A program made the position numbers and the translations under genes. Source: a virus. Taken from it: a stretch of DNA of 64,000 nt. The notes under the pieces are model-generated. The model was given only the letters and a program-made list of their open reading frames with translations, searched no databases and was not told where the DNA came from. Where the stretch lies: the IMG/VR virus record IMGVR_UViG_3300018007_000001. One strand, given 5' to 3'. Positions 53,460-61,688 of this stretch are shown one piece after another; within the stretch, counting starts at the first letter, position 1; every line of letters starts with the position of its first letter.

Positions 53460-53648
53460 CGCCGCCGTCGCTCCTTTCGTGATGGTAGCGCCTCGGACAC
53501 GGACGCACAGGCGCAAGATCGCCCGACAATCCGCCATTGCGGCGCTTCCAGAGTGCGCTGAGATGCCGCCGCGCCTTCCGCTACACCGGTGACAGTGCGG
53601 GCGGCTTAATTCGCTTTGCTTTTTTCATGAAATGACCTCTCGCCATTT

Positions 53649-54914
53649 CTATTCCCTCGACGCTTTTACCAGTGCCGCAATCGCCAGCTCGACTTTATCA
53701 TCGGGGACTTTGTTTAATTTGACCGTTCCGGCCGTCAACTCAAGAACCTCTTTCGCCCGGGCCGTCCCTTTAGCCTCCCCACAGGCGACAAAGGCGTCCG
53801 CCATGCGCCCTCGCAGGTCCGTAGGCTCGCCTTCCTCTTCCAAGGGAGTTTCGGGCTCGGGGACCTCTTCCGGCTCATCCTGGGGCGGCTCTGGTTCGGG
53901 AGCGCCCCTTTTAGCGCGAAGCTTGGCCGCCAGATCCTCGGCCTTGCCGTTTTTGCGCTCGGGCTCGGGGTTTTGGGACTCCTCTGGCTCGCCCTGGTCG
54001 GCTAAGGCCTGGGCGAGCGCCGCCTGCCATGTCGTCTCGCCCTTATTGATCGCCTTGTACAAATCGCGGAGATCGGACAGTTCGGCCGGCGTGGATTCCC
54101 CGAGGTCATGGCCGAGGTAGCGCTTGAGTCCTGAGGGTAAGACGTTTAGTTTCGCAAAGCCGTCTGAAATCTCCCGCTCGAATTTCTTGGGATCTTTAGC
54201 TATGTCACCGAAGCGGATCTCCAGTATTCGCGCCCGACACTCAGACTGTATGTCCCCCGGAATATGTCGGAGGATGCACTGCCGAAGAGCCTTAGACGCC
54301 AGTGCGTTTTGTTTATTCAAAACATCGTCGTCGGTTGCCGGTATTGTATGAACCGTCTCTCCGTAGCTGTTCAGCCTCGAACTTATAGCGATGTCGCAGT
54401 TCTTACACGCGCCCCGATCCTTATGCTTGCGCTCCACCGTCTTGCTCACTACGACCGTGGCGCTATGGGCAGTATTGGATTCCAGGTCAACGACAATGAT
54501 ATTGAGTAGGCGCTTGTCGTCGTCGTCGTAAACCGTGATCACCTGCTCGTCCATATTGGTCATGCAGCGCATGGCTTCCTCCGCGAAGCGAATAGAGAAC
54601 CCCTCGACGCCATCGCCGACCGGCTTCTTATACCACGCCGCGCCTTGCCGCTGAGTCTGACCCGGGACTGCGTACCCTTCGGCAAACCCCGGACGCTCGC
54701 ACGCGTCTAACAGTCTCCGGCGAACGTCGCTCCAATCCCGCGGGCGCCGGATGGCCATCACGAAGCGCGCCTCCACCATCGCGCGCGCCTGTGCGGCTAA
54801 AACCGCCCCTGCGGTTTCGCCCGTTGTCTCGATCTCTTCGGAGCCAAAACCCCGACGCTCAATTGTTCCACCGCCGCCCGATCGGGCTAGCGCCCTGCTT
54901 TGATCTTCAGCCAT
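53649..54914 (-). CDS. candidate single-strand annealing / recombination partner of the exonuclease (family not recognised)
   Basis: Start trimmed to MAEDQSRAL... (AAAGGA upstream). Conserved-looking core ...ARFVMAIRRPRDWSDVRRRLLDACERPGFAE...GFSIRFAEEAMRCMTN.... Acidic PEPEPPQDEPEEVPEPE linker. It lies downstream of the YqaJ exonuclease, separated only by a small Cys-rich ORF. Confidence 0.3.
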   Translation of the reverse strand: MAEDQSRALARSGGGGTIERRGFGSEEIETTGETAGAVLAAQARAMVEARFVMAIRRPRDWSDVRRRLLDACERPGFAEGYAVPGQTQRQGAAWYKKPVGDGVEGFSIRFAEEAMRCMTNMDEQVITVYDDDDKRLLNIIVVDLESNTAHSATVVVSKTVERKHKDRGACKNCDIAISSRLNSYGETVHTIPATDDDVLNKQNALASKALRQCILRHIPGDIQSECRARILEIRFGDIAKDPKKFEREISDGFAKLNVLPSGLKRYLGHDLGESTPAELSDLRDLYKAINKGETTWQAALAQALADQGEPEESQNPEPERKNGKAEDLAAKLRAKRGAPEPEPPQDEPEEVPEPETPLEEEGEPTDLRGRMADAFVACGEAKGTARAKEVLELTAGTVKLNKVPDDKVELAIAALVKASRE

Positions 54915-54925
54915 TATTAGTCCTT

Positions 54926-55105
54926 TCAGTGACCCAAATATTTCTGATACTTCGAAAGCGTCAGGCATCGCTCGCAAACACACTTGCTCACGCCATCGAC
55001 GCAAACACTCGTTAGAACCTGATCAATAGTCGCCGCGTCCTGGCACTCGACACATGCCCCTCTCGGGACTTTTGGCTCAGGCGCCGTGTTCATTGGAAAA
55101 CCCAT
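54926..55105 (-). CDS. small Cys-rich (zinc-binding?) protein
   Basis: MGFPMNTAPEPKVPRGACVECQD...CVDGVSKCVCERC. Start uncertain (55135, 55105 or 55093). Confidence 0.4.
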   Translation of the reverse strand: MGFPMNTAPEPKVPRGACVECQDAATIDQVLTSVCVDGVSKCVCERCLTLSKYQKYLGH

Positions 55106-55285
55106 TGTTTTATTAGTCCTTTCCAAGTTTGTCAATCTTCGCCATCAGCGCCCCAACGTCCGGCGCGTCATCCTCAAAGAGCCAATTCATAAACGCGCGC
55201 CCGCACGGTCGACAAATCCATGAACCGAGAAATCTTCGGCAAATCCGCATTTGGGCGCATTCCATGCAGCGAGCGTACTTTTCCA

Positions 55286-56359
55286 TCATCGGGGAGCCTT
55301 CACACGCGGCTTTTTATATCTAAGTGTTCGATGTTTGCCCTGACGGACCACTTTATCGAACAGCCCCTCAAGCCTCGCGGTAAGCGGCTCTGTTAGCTTC
55401 GCATCAGCCGGCAAAACGTAAACGGCGCGCGCGAGTTCCATTAGCTCGACTTGAAGCGCGTCCAGATCCGCATGCCGCGCCCCGTTCTGCTCGAAATAGG
55501 TCAACAGCGCCCCATCTTCAAGCCTCCCAGCCTCAGCGTCCCCGAGCGCGCTTAGAATGATCCGCCGGTAATGCTCAACGTCGGACTCAAGATGCGAAAT
55601 CCGCTCTTTAGTTTTGGCCATATTCGCCCACGCCTCGGAAATTTCCGGTTTCAGAGAAACTATCTCTCCCTGAATCCTTCGGCGTCGCTGAAGCGTTTCA
55701 ACGTGCGCGACTTCGGAGAAATCCGCCGGCGGCGGAAGATCCTTGATAACGTATTCCCAGAATCTTTCGCCGGTTTGCCGCATTTCCAATATCAGATCGT
55801 CGGCGCGGGCCGCCCGGTAAACCTCAGACTGGAACATTTTCTTGTAAGCGGGAAAGTAGACCGGAATCCAGGCGATTTCACAGCCAGCGTGCATCATCTC
55901 CCAATTAGCCTGACAGATGACGTTTAGAGGAACGTCGTCAATAGAGTCGCCCCACCGCTCTTTTTGGATAGTTGACTTCGCTTCAACGACAGCCTCAATT
56001 TGCGGGACCATTGTCAGGTTAAGGAGAACGATTCCACACCCGTCTTTTAAGATGGGCTGTCCCGCCAAAACTGCTCCATCAAGATTCACGCAGAAGATAC
56101 CGTTGCTGTCAAATAACGTGGGTATGCCCGTCATAATCGGCTTTCCAATTTTGCGCGAGCACATCCGCATAATCGCGTCCTCAAGATCGTGCCCCGTTTC
56201 CGCGGGCTCAGAAGTCTTACCCTCTTCGAGCCGCCCGGTCTTGTCGAGCCAGACATCGGAGGCGTTTTTGTACGGGTCGGCCCCAACGATAGCGGCGATG
56301 TCGGATCCCCCGATGTACCGCTTTCGGGCTTCTTTCTGTTCAGGAGTTAATGGAGGCAT
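55286..56359 (-). CDS. YqaJ-type (lambda Exo-like, PD-(D/E)XK) recombination exonuclease
   Basis: MPPLTPEQKEARKRYIGGSDIAAIVGADPYKNASDVWLDKTG is the characteristic YqaJ N-terminus. 357 aa with a C-terminal helical extension. Confidence 0.75.
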   Translation of the reverse strand: MPPLTPEQKEARKRYIGGSDIAAIVGADPYKNASDVWLDKTGRLEEGKTSEPAETGHDLEDAIMRMCSRKIGKPIMTGIPTLFDSNGIFCVNLDGAVLAGQPILKDGCGIVLLNLTMVPQIEAVVEAKSTIQKERWGDSIDDVPLNVICQANWEMMHAGCEIAWIPVYFPAYKKMFQSEVYRAARADDLILEMRQTGERFWEYVIKDLPPPADFSEVAHVETLQRRRRIQGEIVSLKPEISEAWANMAKTKERISHLESDVEHYRRIILSALGDAEAGRLEDGALLTYFEQNGARHADLDALQVELMELARAVYVLPADAKLTEPLTARLEGLFDKVVRQGKHRTLRYKKPRVKAPR

Positions 56360-56370
56360 TTGATTCCTTC

Positions 56371-56429
56371 AAAAAAACAGGGGCGACCGGCATTGATTCT
56401 TCCGTGTGTTTTCCAGGTCCGATCGCCCC
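56371..56429 (-). terminator. terminator-like long hairpin plus U7 immediately before the exonuclease RBS
   Basis: Arms GGGGCGATCGG / CCGGTCGCCCC (56419-56429 and 56380-56390, one mismatch), 28-nt loop, then TGTTTTTTTGAAGGAATCAAATG. Confidence 0.4.
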
Positions 56430-56532
56430 CGGAAGTCCATAAATGAAACTACTTTACTAGAAGCAAACAAAGTTGACGGGTACATCTTTCGGTCCCGCCT
56501 TCCGTTTCCCCGGCCTTTGGGCTGAGGGAAAG

Positions 56533-56904
56533 TCAACGAATTCTTGCGATTCGGCCCCGGCTTGTCCACTTGAACGGTATCGGAGCTAAACGTTTAGGAT
56601 TACGCAATATGATTTCAAAGTCCGCGCCGGTTTCCGTCATGGGATACTTGCGGCACTCGTATACCTCGACGGTTCCTACGATATGGCCTGGATGCCCCGC
56701 CCCTGCCTCAACCTTAACGGCGCGGTCGGCGGCCCATTCCGTCCCGTCTGGATCGCCATTGCCTTTTGTGTCGTATAGGTAAACCGTGCCCCGGTATCTC
56801 CAGGGGAAGGCAATAGTCTTGAACGTGCGCACGCGCCGCAGGATCAAATCGTTCCAAGGCCGCGTATTAGCAACCACGGGATAGTCTGGATTTAGCTCGC
56901 TCAT
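56533..56904 (-). CDS. hypothetical protein (ASCH-like by eye)
   Basis: 123 aa. ...RRVRTFKTIAFPWRYRGTVYLY...HIVGTVEVYECRKY...ILRNPKRLAPIPFK. Confidence 0.4.
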   Translation of the reverse strand: MSELNPDYPVVANTRPWNDLILRRVRTFKTIAFPWRYRGTVYLYDTKGNGDPDGTEWAADRAVKVEAGAGHPGHIVGTVEVYECRKYPMTETGADFEIILRNPKRLAPIPFKWTSRGRIARIR

Positions 56905-57059
56905 TCTTCAACCTCGATTCCGTGTTCTCGGAGAAAATCGGTCAAATCGTCCATAAGATCCTGCTTGTCGTAGTGACCGCGCCCGGAGACGTTATCCCCG
57001 AAAGCGTCCTTGATCCGGTAGCAAAATGCCTCAAGGTCGGCTTTAGTTAATCTTGGCAT
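56901..57059 (-). CDS. small ORF (52 aa)
   Basis: Hand translation gives MPRLTKADLEAFCYRIKDAFGDNVSGRGHYDKQDLMDDLTDFLREHGIEVEE. ATGA overlap with the downstream gene. Confidence 0.4.
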   Translation of the reverse strand: MPRLTKADLEAFCYRIKDAFGDNVSGRGHYDKQDLMDDLTDFLREHGIEVEE

Positions 57060-57294
57060 TCGAAACCTCGAATTCAATTATCGCCATTGGCACAATGCAC
57101 CAAAGTATTTTAGGACTGTGAACGTATGGCGATGTCACCAGCGCTTGGGCCGCAGCATCATCGTAGCAGACCGAGTAGGCCGTCTTGCCCCAATCGTTCG
57201 TATACTCGAAAACCGCAAAGCATTGCGGATCGCCTGGGTACACGCCGTCTCCGGCTATGATTTCATCAGCGATTTTCTTGCTAATTGTCGCCAT
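57043..57294 (-). CDS. hypothetical protein
   Basis: 83-aa ORF that overlaps the ATPase 3' end by 14 nt. Confidence 0.5.
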   Translation of the reverse strand: MATISKKIADEIIAGDGVYPGDPQCFAVFEYTNDWGKTAYSVCYDDAAAQALVTSPYVHSPKILWCIVPMAIIEFEVSNAKIN

Positions 57295-58774
57295 GTTCTA
57301 CCTCGAAATGCTTGATCTTCAGTTCGTCGCCCCTTTTGGTCGCCAGTTCCGTGATTCCGATGACGTCATGTTTCTCAAGCTCTTTGGCGACCTCAATCTT
57401 CGATTCTTCTTCCAGGGCGACCCAAAATTCCTCGGGGAAGGCCGCCAATCTCGCCGGATTCTTCTGAATCCAGATCGGCATAGCACAGCGCGTTCTTTCC
57501 CCGGCGCTCAGTCTGTGAAATGGCTCAAGCTCGCCATCGGGGTGAACAAACTGAAGAACTCCGTCTTCGACGGTAAGTGAGGGAATCCCCGCTTTTGACA
57601 GCAACCCTCCGAGTTGTCGAGGCACCGCCTTTGCCAATGCTTCGTATTTATCGGCTAGGGCGATAAGGGAGTCCCGCAGCTTTCGAGATTCTTCCGCCTG
57701 CTCGCACTTCTTGCGGTATTCTTCGGACTCGCGTGCGGCCTCAAGGGTTTCGCGAGCGAGTTTGACCGCAAGATCCGCTTTCTGGACGTCGGCCTCCGTT
57801 GCGCCAGTGATTTCGGTATCAAGGATAGCCTTTTTACGATCCCACTTGTCAGCTTGGCCTACAGCGTCCGCAGACGCTTGGCATGCGTAGTTTAGACTTA
57901 CCTCAAGAGCATCACATTCGCCCTGAGCAACCAGTAAGTCCCGCTCAAGTAGTGCAACCTTATCGCGAGCGCTCTTCAGTTGTTCCTGTAGGGCAAGCCA
58001 AGTGTTCCGCTTGCTGTCAATATCCGGCCGCTCGCCTAACGTTTCCTGAATAATCAACCGTTCCTCTTCGCGTTCCTTCCGCTGGCCGGCCGACCCCATA
58101 GCCTCCCGCTTGTCCCCGACCGCGCTGTCATAGGCTTTCTGAGCTTCCAAGAACGGGACGTCGACCAAGTTCTCGGGTTTAATCGGAGTCGCCTGTTGAC
58201 GGCGCCCTTCGGCCTGTTCCGCCGATGATATGAGTTCACGCTTCTTTTTGTGGAGGTCGCGGCTGATCATACCGGCGGCCTCGACCGGGTCGACCTGCCC
58301 GAAGTCATCAAGCCCGACCAGATCGTCCAAGAAATCAAGCGCCCGTTCGTCGCCCTGAACCAGCTCGGAGATTAGCTCTCGGTCGGTTTTCAGATTTAGG
58401 ATGGACACTAGTGCCCGAATCCGCGCAGCCTCAGCCGCCTTCTTGTCCTTTAGGCCAGGGTCAATCACTGTCGCCAGGGGACTCACGCTTGCGAGCGAGA
58501 CTTCCGTAGACTGCCCGGTCTTCGACTTCGAGCGCGTGACTTCCAAGACGACTACATCGTCAATTAGAAGCTTTCCCTTTTGGCTTCCGTCCCGCGGCTC
58601 AATAGGAATATCAACGCCGCCGGCCCGCGTGATCGCATTCAGGAAGATGGATTTCCCTGATCCGTTGGCGGCCGTCAGGAGATTCATTCCCGGCGAGACC
58701 TCGCAAACAAAATCATGGATAGGTCCAAGATTCTGAGCCTCAAGCTTTTTGGTTGGTTTCTTTTTCGCGCTCAT
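57281..58774 (-). CDS. SMC/RecN/SbcC-like ABC-type ATPase with central coiled coil
   Basis: 497 aa. Walker [12 protein letters not shown] near the N-terminus, ~300 aa of E/R/K/A/L-rich coiled coil, and the signature-like LSAGERTR near the C-terminus. Walker B is atypical (LAAFPEEFW). Confidence 0.6.
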   Translation of the reverse strand: MSAKKKPTKKLEAQNLGPIHDFVCEVSPGMNLLTAANGSGKSIFLNAITRAGGVDIPIEPRDGSQKGKLLIDDVVVLEVTRSKSKTGQSTEVSLASVSPLATVIDPGLKDKKAAEAARIRALVSILNLKTDRELISELVQGDERALDFLDDLVGLDDFGQVDPVEAAGMISRDLHKKKRELISSAEQAEGRRQQATPIKPENLVDVPFLEAQKAYDSAVGDKREAMGSAGQRKEREEERLIIQETLGERPDIDSKRNTWLALQEQLKSARDKVALLERDLLVAQGECDALEVSLNYACQASADAVGQADKWDRKKAILDTEITGATEADVQKADLAVKLARETLEAARESEEYRKKCEQAEESRKLRDSLIALADKYEALAKAVPRQLGGLLSKAGIPSLTVEDGVLQFVHPDGELEPFHRLSAGERTRCAMPIWIQKNPARLAAFPEEFWVALEEESKIEVAKELEKHDVIGITELATKRGDELKIKHFEVEHGDN

Positions 58775-59294
58775 CTTTAATCCCCCAGCCCCGAATTTTC
58801 GCCACCGTTTCAGCGTAATCCAAAAACGCCATAACCTCGCGCCTGGTTTTCTTGCCCGCCCAATACTCGCGGGCTTCAGCCATCGACTTTGAGCGACAGC
58901 CTACCTGAACCATTAAGACCCCCTCTTTGAGCCACGCGAAGGCTTGCCAGCCATCGGGCCAGCCGCCGCCTATAATGGAGTCGGCCCCTCCGAGGTCGGC
59001 CCCTCTGAGGTTGGCCCCTCTGAGGTTGGCCCCTCTGAGGTTGGCCCCTCTGAGGTAGGTCCCTCCGAGGTCGGCCCCTCTGAGGTTGGCCCCTCCGAGG
59101 TCGGCCCCTTCGAGGTAGGCCCCTCTGAGGTCGGCCCCTCCGAGGTCGGCCCCTCTGAGGTCGGCCCCTCCGAGGTTGGCCCCTCTGAGGTTGGCCCCTT
59201 CCTTAGCGCGGGCTTCCAGCGAATCTGTCAGTGATTCCGCTTGATCTTCGCGGATCAAATCGCCCGTGCGCCAATTCTTAATTTGAATCTTCAT
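58740..59294 (-). CDS. pentapeptide-repeat protein
   Basis: 184 aa with about 14 consecutive G-A-(N/D)-L-(R/G/E) units (aa 33-105), followed by a globular C-terminal domain ([37 protein letters not shown]). Confidence 0.85.
   Translation of the reverse strand: MKIQIKNWRTGDLIREDQAESLTDSLEARAKEGANLRGANLGGADLRGADLGGADLRGAYLEGADLGGANLRGADLGGTYLRGANLRGANLRGANLRGADLGGADSIIGGGWPDGWQAFAWLKEGVLMVQVGCRSKSMAEAREYWAGKKTRREVMAFLDYAETVAKIRGWGIKDEREKETNQKA
58981..59200. repeat. 15-bp tandem periodicity (GGCCCCTCYGAGGTY)n
   Basis: DNA image of the pentapeptide repeats, about 14 units with point differences. Confidence 0.9.
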
Positions 59295-59297
59295 CTC

Positions 59298-59483
59298 TTA
59301 CCCCTCAAATATCGAATCAACATCAATTTCCACGCACCCCTCATAATCAGCGAGCGCCTTCCTTACTGCTTGCTCGACGTCAAGCTTCGCCTGAAGCGCG
59401 AGCTTTGATTTTTGCTCTGAGTCGATTTTGACGCTGGGGTTGAAATTGATCGCGGCCCCGACCGCTATGGCTATTGCTTGCAT
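59298..59483 (-). CDS. hypothetical protein (start trimmed)
   Basis: MQAIAIAVGAAINFNPSVKIDSEQ..., with AAGGAAGGA 8 nt upstream. 61 aa. Confidence 0.45.
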   Translation of the reverse strand: MQAIAIAVGAAINFNPSVKIDSEQKSKLALQAKLDVEQAVRKALADYEGCVEIDVDSIFEG

Positions 59484-59488
59484 GGTTC

Positions 59489-60082
59489 TTATCCTTCCTT
59501 TCTCCACGGCGGCGGCTCTTCCATCTTCGGCCTTGGTTTCCTTGGTCCCTCGCCGCTCAATTGAAACAGCGCCGTTTGCTCCTCGACGGAATTTGCGACA
59601 TCGACATCAAGTTCGCACGCTTCAATAACTACGCGCTCCTCACTATCGTATCGGCGCTTGATATGGAGGTCGGCGAAGCGCGAATCATCCGACACCCAGC
59701 CCCCTATCTTCATGGCGTCGAAACAGGCGCGTGCTATCTTGTCCTGATCCTTGCCGACCTTTGGGTATTTCGGGGCGGTCGGCTTTAGCTCTCCGTTTGT
59801 CCTGAAATGCGCAGCGGGCCTTTTAACGTACACCGTTATTCTGGCGAACATGGCCTCATCGAGTGGGGCATCCGGCCTGACCTCGCGCATTTCAGCAACG
59901 GCTTGAGAGCGCCAGGGCTTGAGGTTTTTGTTGTCATCAAGCATCACGGGGAATTTATAAGGCCGCCCCGTTTTCTTGCTGATGCCTTCCTTTAGGAAGG
60001 TTGTTTTTGAGCCCTGAGTAGCGGCTGGGCCGTAAATGACAACCATGCCGCGCCAGGGAACGAGGGGAGAATCGGCGCTCAT
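59489..60082 (-). CDS. rusA: RusA-family Holliday-junction resolvase
   Basis: ...YGPAATQGSK...KPWRSQAVAEM...ARITVYVKRPAAHF...KVGKDQDKIARACFDAMKIGGWVSDDSRFADLHIKRRY follows the RusA pattern (RP...KPD.DN..K...DA....DD). Confidence 0.7.
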   Translation of the reverse strand: MSADSPLVPWRGMVVIYGPAATQGSKTTFLKEGISKKTGRPYKFPVMLDDNKNLKPWRSQAVAEMREVRPDAPLDEAMFARITVYVKRPAAHFRTNGELKPTAPKYPKVGKDQDKIARACFDAMKIGGWVSDDSRFADLHIKRRYDSEERVVIEACELDVDVANSVEEQTALFQLSGEGPRKPRPKMEEPPPWRKEG

Positions 60083-60510
60083 ATTCTCGGCACGCCCCTT
60101 TCCATCTCACGGTGATACCAAAAAACGCTGGCGCCTGCGAATACGCCCATTTCAGGCGAAACCCCAACGCTCGTAACGATAAGCGGCCCCGCAAACTGCC
60201 AGCCCTGCTTTCTCAGTCTTTGGACTTCGGCCATAAAGTCGGCCATGTCGTTGCGCTCTACGACCTGGTATTCGTATTTATCAAACCCAAATAGCGCTTT
60301 CTCCCCGGCGAATTGCGGCGGGGGCACAAGCGGAAGCGGCCCGATTTTCTTCTCGTCGCCAAAGTTGACCAACGCCAGCAAGAGCGCTTTGACCTCGGCG
60401 GCCTCCAGCGTAAATGTTCTGGTTATGGTAGGCACCCACCTGATCAACGACAAGGCGCCATCCGCGTCCACTCTCGCGACCACTCTCTCTGACAGTTTGA
60501 TTTCACCCAT
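60079..60510 (-). CDS. hypothetical protein (start trimmed)
   Basis: MGEIKLSERVVARVDADG..., with GAAGGAGAA upstream. ATGA overlap with rusA. Confidence 0.5.
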   Translation of the reverse strand: MGEIKLSERVVARVDADGALSLIRWVPTITRTFTLEAAEVKALLLALVNFGDEKKIGPLPLVPPPQFAGEKALFGFDKYEYQVVERNDMADFMAEVQRLRKQGWQFAGPLIVTSVGVSPEMGVFAGASVFWYHREMERGVPRI

Positions 60511-60721
60511 CTGATTTCTCCTTCGCGTCCAGGACGTAGACCCTCTCACGCCTGATGCCCAAAACCTGAAGCAGTCGACCTCTGACCGGCCATCCGTTCA
60601 AAGCCTCAGAGATCCGGCTCTCATGTATCCGATGTTTCTTGGCGAAGTCCGCCCGAGTCCCAACGCGCGAGATTTCCACGAGCAGGATTTTTTTGACATC
60701 CTCTTGTGTTAGAATCGTCAT
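60503..60721 (-). CDS. small HTH transcriptional regulator (Cro/CI- or YdaS-like), leaderless configuration
   Basis: MTILTQEDVKKILLVEISRVGTRADFAKKHRIHESRISEALNG... contains a helix-turn-helix-like segment. The ATG at 60721 lies 9 nt after the -10 of promoter i. Confidence 0.55.
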   Translation of the reverse strand: MTILTQEDVKKILLVEISRVGTRADFAKKHRIHESRISEALNGWPVRGRLLQVLGIRRERVYVLDAKEKSDG

Positions 60722-60730
60722 CGCAAGCCC

Positions 60731-60769
60731 AATATACACCCTTCCACAAAAACTGTAAATTCCCTGAAC
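60731..60769 (-). promoter_or_regulatory. family promoter i: GTTCAGGGAATTTACA-N17-TATATT
   Basis: -35 TTTACA (60754-60759) and -10 TATATT (60731-60736). Confidence 0.5.
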
Positions 60770-60795
60770 GGGTACTATCCCCTTTTTATTTTCCG

Positions 60796-60804
60796 TGTTA
60801 TAGT
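60796..60804 (+). promoter_or_regulatory. extended -10 promoter candidate TGTTATAGT (divergent from promoter i)
   Basis: TGn plus TATAGT at 60796-60804. There is no good -35. It points toward the bidirectional terminator about 110 nt downstream. Confidence 0.35.
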
Positions 60805-60810
60805 TCCGCC

Positions 60811-60949
60811 CATCCTAAGCGCGGGCTCTCCCTCGGGGGTTCGGCAAATTATCCCTGAAGCGGCCCGCGCCGGATTTCCTACCAACAACCTGAGAAGCTA
60901 ACTGAGGCCAAGAAAAGCCCGGGACGTGACGCCCGGGCTTCTGTTTTTT
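60811..60949 (+). ncRNA. candidate ~140-nt non-coding RNA
   Basis: Lies between the extended -10 promoter and the terminator at 60915-60949. The interval has no ATG or TTG and only one GTG, which sits inside the terminator loop. Confidence 0.3.
60915..60949. terminator. bidirectional intrinsic terminator
   Basis: 9-bp stem AAGCCCGGG/CCCGGGCTT (60915-60940). The plus strand continues CTGTTTTTTG and the minus strand continues TTCTTGG. It lies 28 nt downstream of the 60969 stop. Confidence 0.6.
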
Positions 60950-60968
60950 GATTGAAAACGGGAACCTT

Positions 60969-61496
60969 TTACTTCGCCGACGCGGGATGCCCCCAAATTG
61001 GGCGCTGAGCAAACGCTCTGATGACAGCCATATCCGCCGACGCCGTATTTGATGAAAGCCTGGCCCTGACGGCCGTCGAAGCCGTGCCGACTGCGTTTGA
61101 GAGCCAATTAAGCGCGACATTGACAATTCCGAGCCCGGCAAGAATGCCGGCCAAGATCGGCCCCGGAACCAGTCCGGGCGGCAACGCCGCGAGAACAGAA
61201 TCGGCAATCGGGATCAATTGCGCCAGGAAATGAGCCGTGTTTCCCGTCGCACTCTTGGCGGCGGCTAGAAGCTGATTCGCGGCGTTGATGCCGAGGTTAA
61301 TATCGGCGAGAACTTGAGCCGAAAGATTCGGGTCAAGCTGCTTAACGAATGGAATTGTCTGTTGAAATCCGCTGATCACGGATTCGATTGTTGATATGAC
61401 CGTCTGGTTTGGAGTACAGGATTCTTCCGGCAAACCTACGACCGATGCGGCTACGCCTAAACCGACGATCCGCATAAAATGACGGCGATCTTGCAT
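60969..61496 (-). CDS. Tat-signal exported protein (hypothetical)
   Basis: Start trimmed to MQDRRHFMRIVGLGVAASVVG (twin-arginine RRHFM plus h-region), with AAGGAGG 9 nt upstream. Confidence 0.5.
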   Translation of the reverse strand: MQDRRHFMRIVGLGVAASVVGLPEESCTPNQTVISTIESVISGFQQTIPFVKQLDPNLSAQVLADINLGINAANQLLAAAKSATGNTAHFLAQLIPIADSVLAALPPGLVPGPILAGILAGLGIVNVALNWLSNAVGTASTAVRARLSSNTASADMAVIRAFAQRPIWGHPASAK

Positions 61497-61517
61497 AAAA
61501 TTCAAACCTCCTTGGGG

Positions 61518-61688
61518 TTAATTTGAAGGCGCGGCTAGGCCCTTGCCGAGCGCGGCGGCGATAGCACCGACAATGATAAGGACCGTCCCGACCGTCGCCG
61601 GCAACAGGTTGAGAACGCTTGGAACGCTGAGCGCGCCAACAATGGCGGCGATCAGACCGATAATAGACAGAAGCTTTGAGTTGTGCAT
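61518..61688 (-). CDS. small two-TM membrane protein (56 aa)
   Basis: Hand translation gives MHNSKLLSIIGLIAAIVGALSVPSVLNLLPATVGTVLIIVGAIAAALGKGLAAPSN, with GAGGG 10 nt upstream. Confidence 0.45.
   Translation of the reverse strand: MHNSKLLSIIGLIAAIVGALSVPSVLNLLPATVGTVLIIVGAIAAALGKGLAAPSN

Noticed and set aside
58981-59200. Regular 15-bp tandem repeats, considered as a CRISPR array or satellite
   Set aside because: There are no unique spacers and the repeats are contiguous. They are in frame and simply encode the pentapeptide-repeat protein.
60815-61207. 130-aa and 69-aa minus-strand ORFs across the 60.9-kb gap
   Set aside because: They run through the bidirectional terminator and overlap the Tat-signal gene out of frame. 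Their composition is R/P/S/G-rich.
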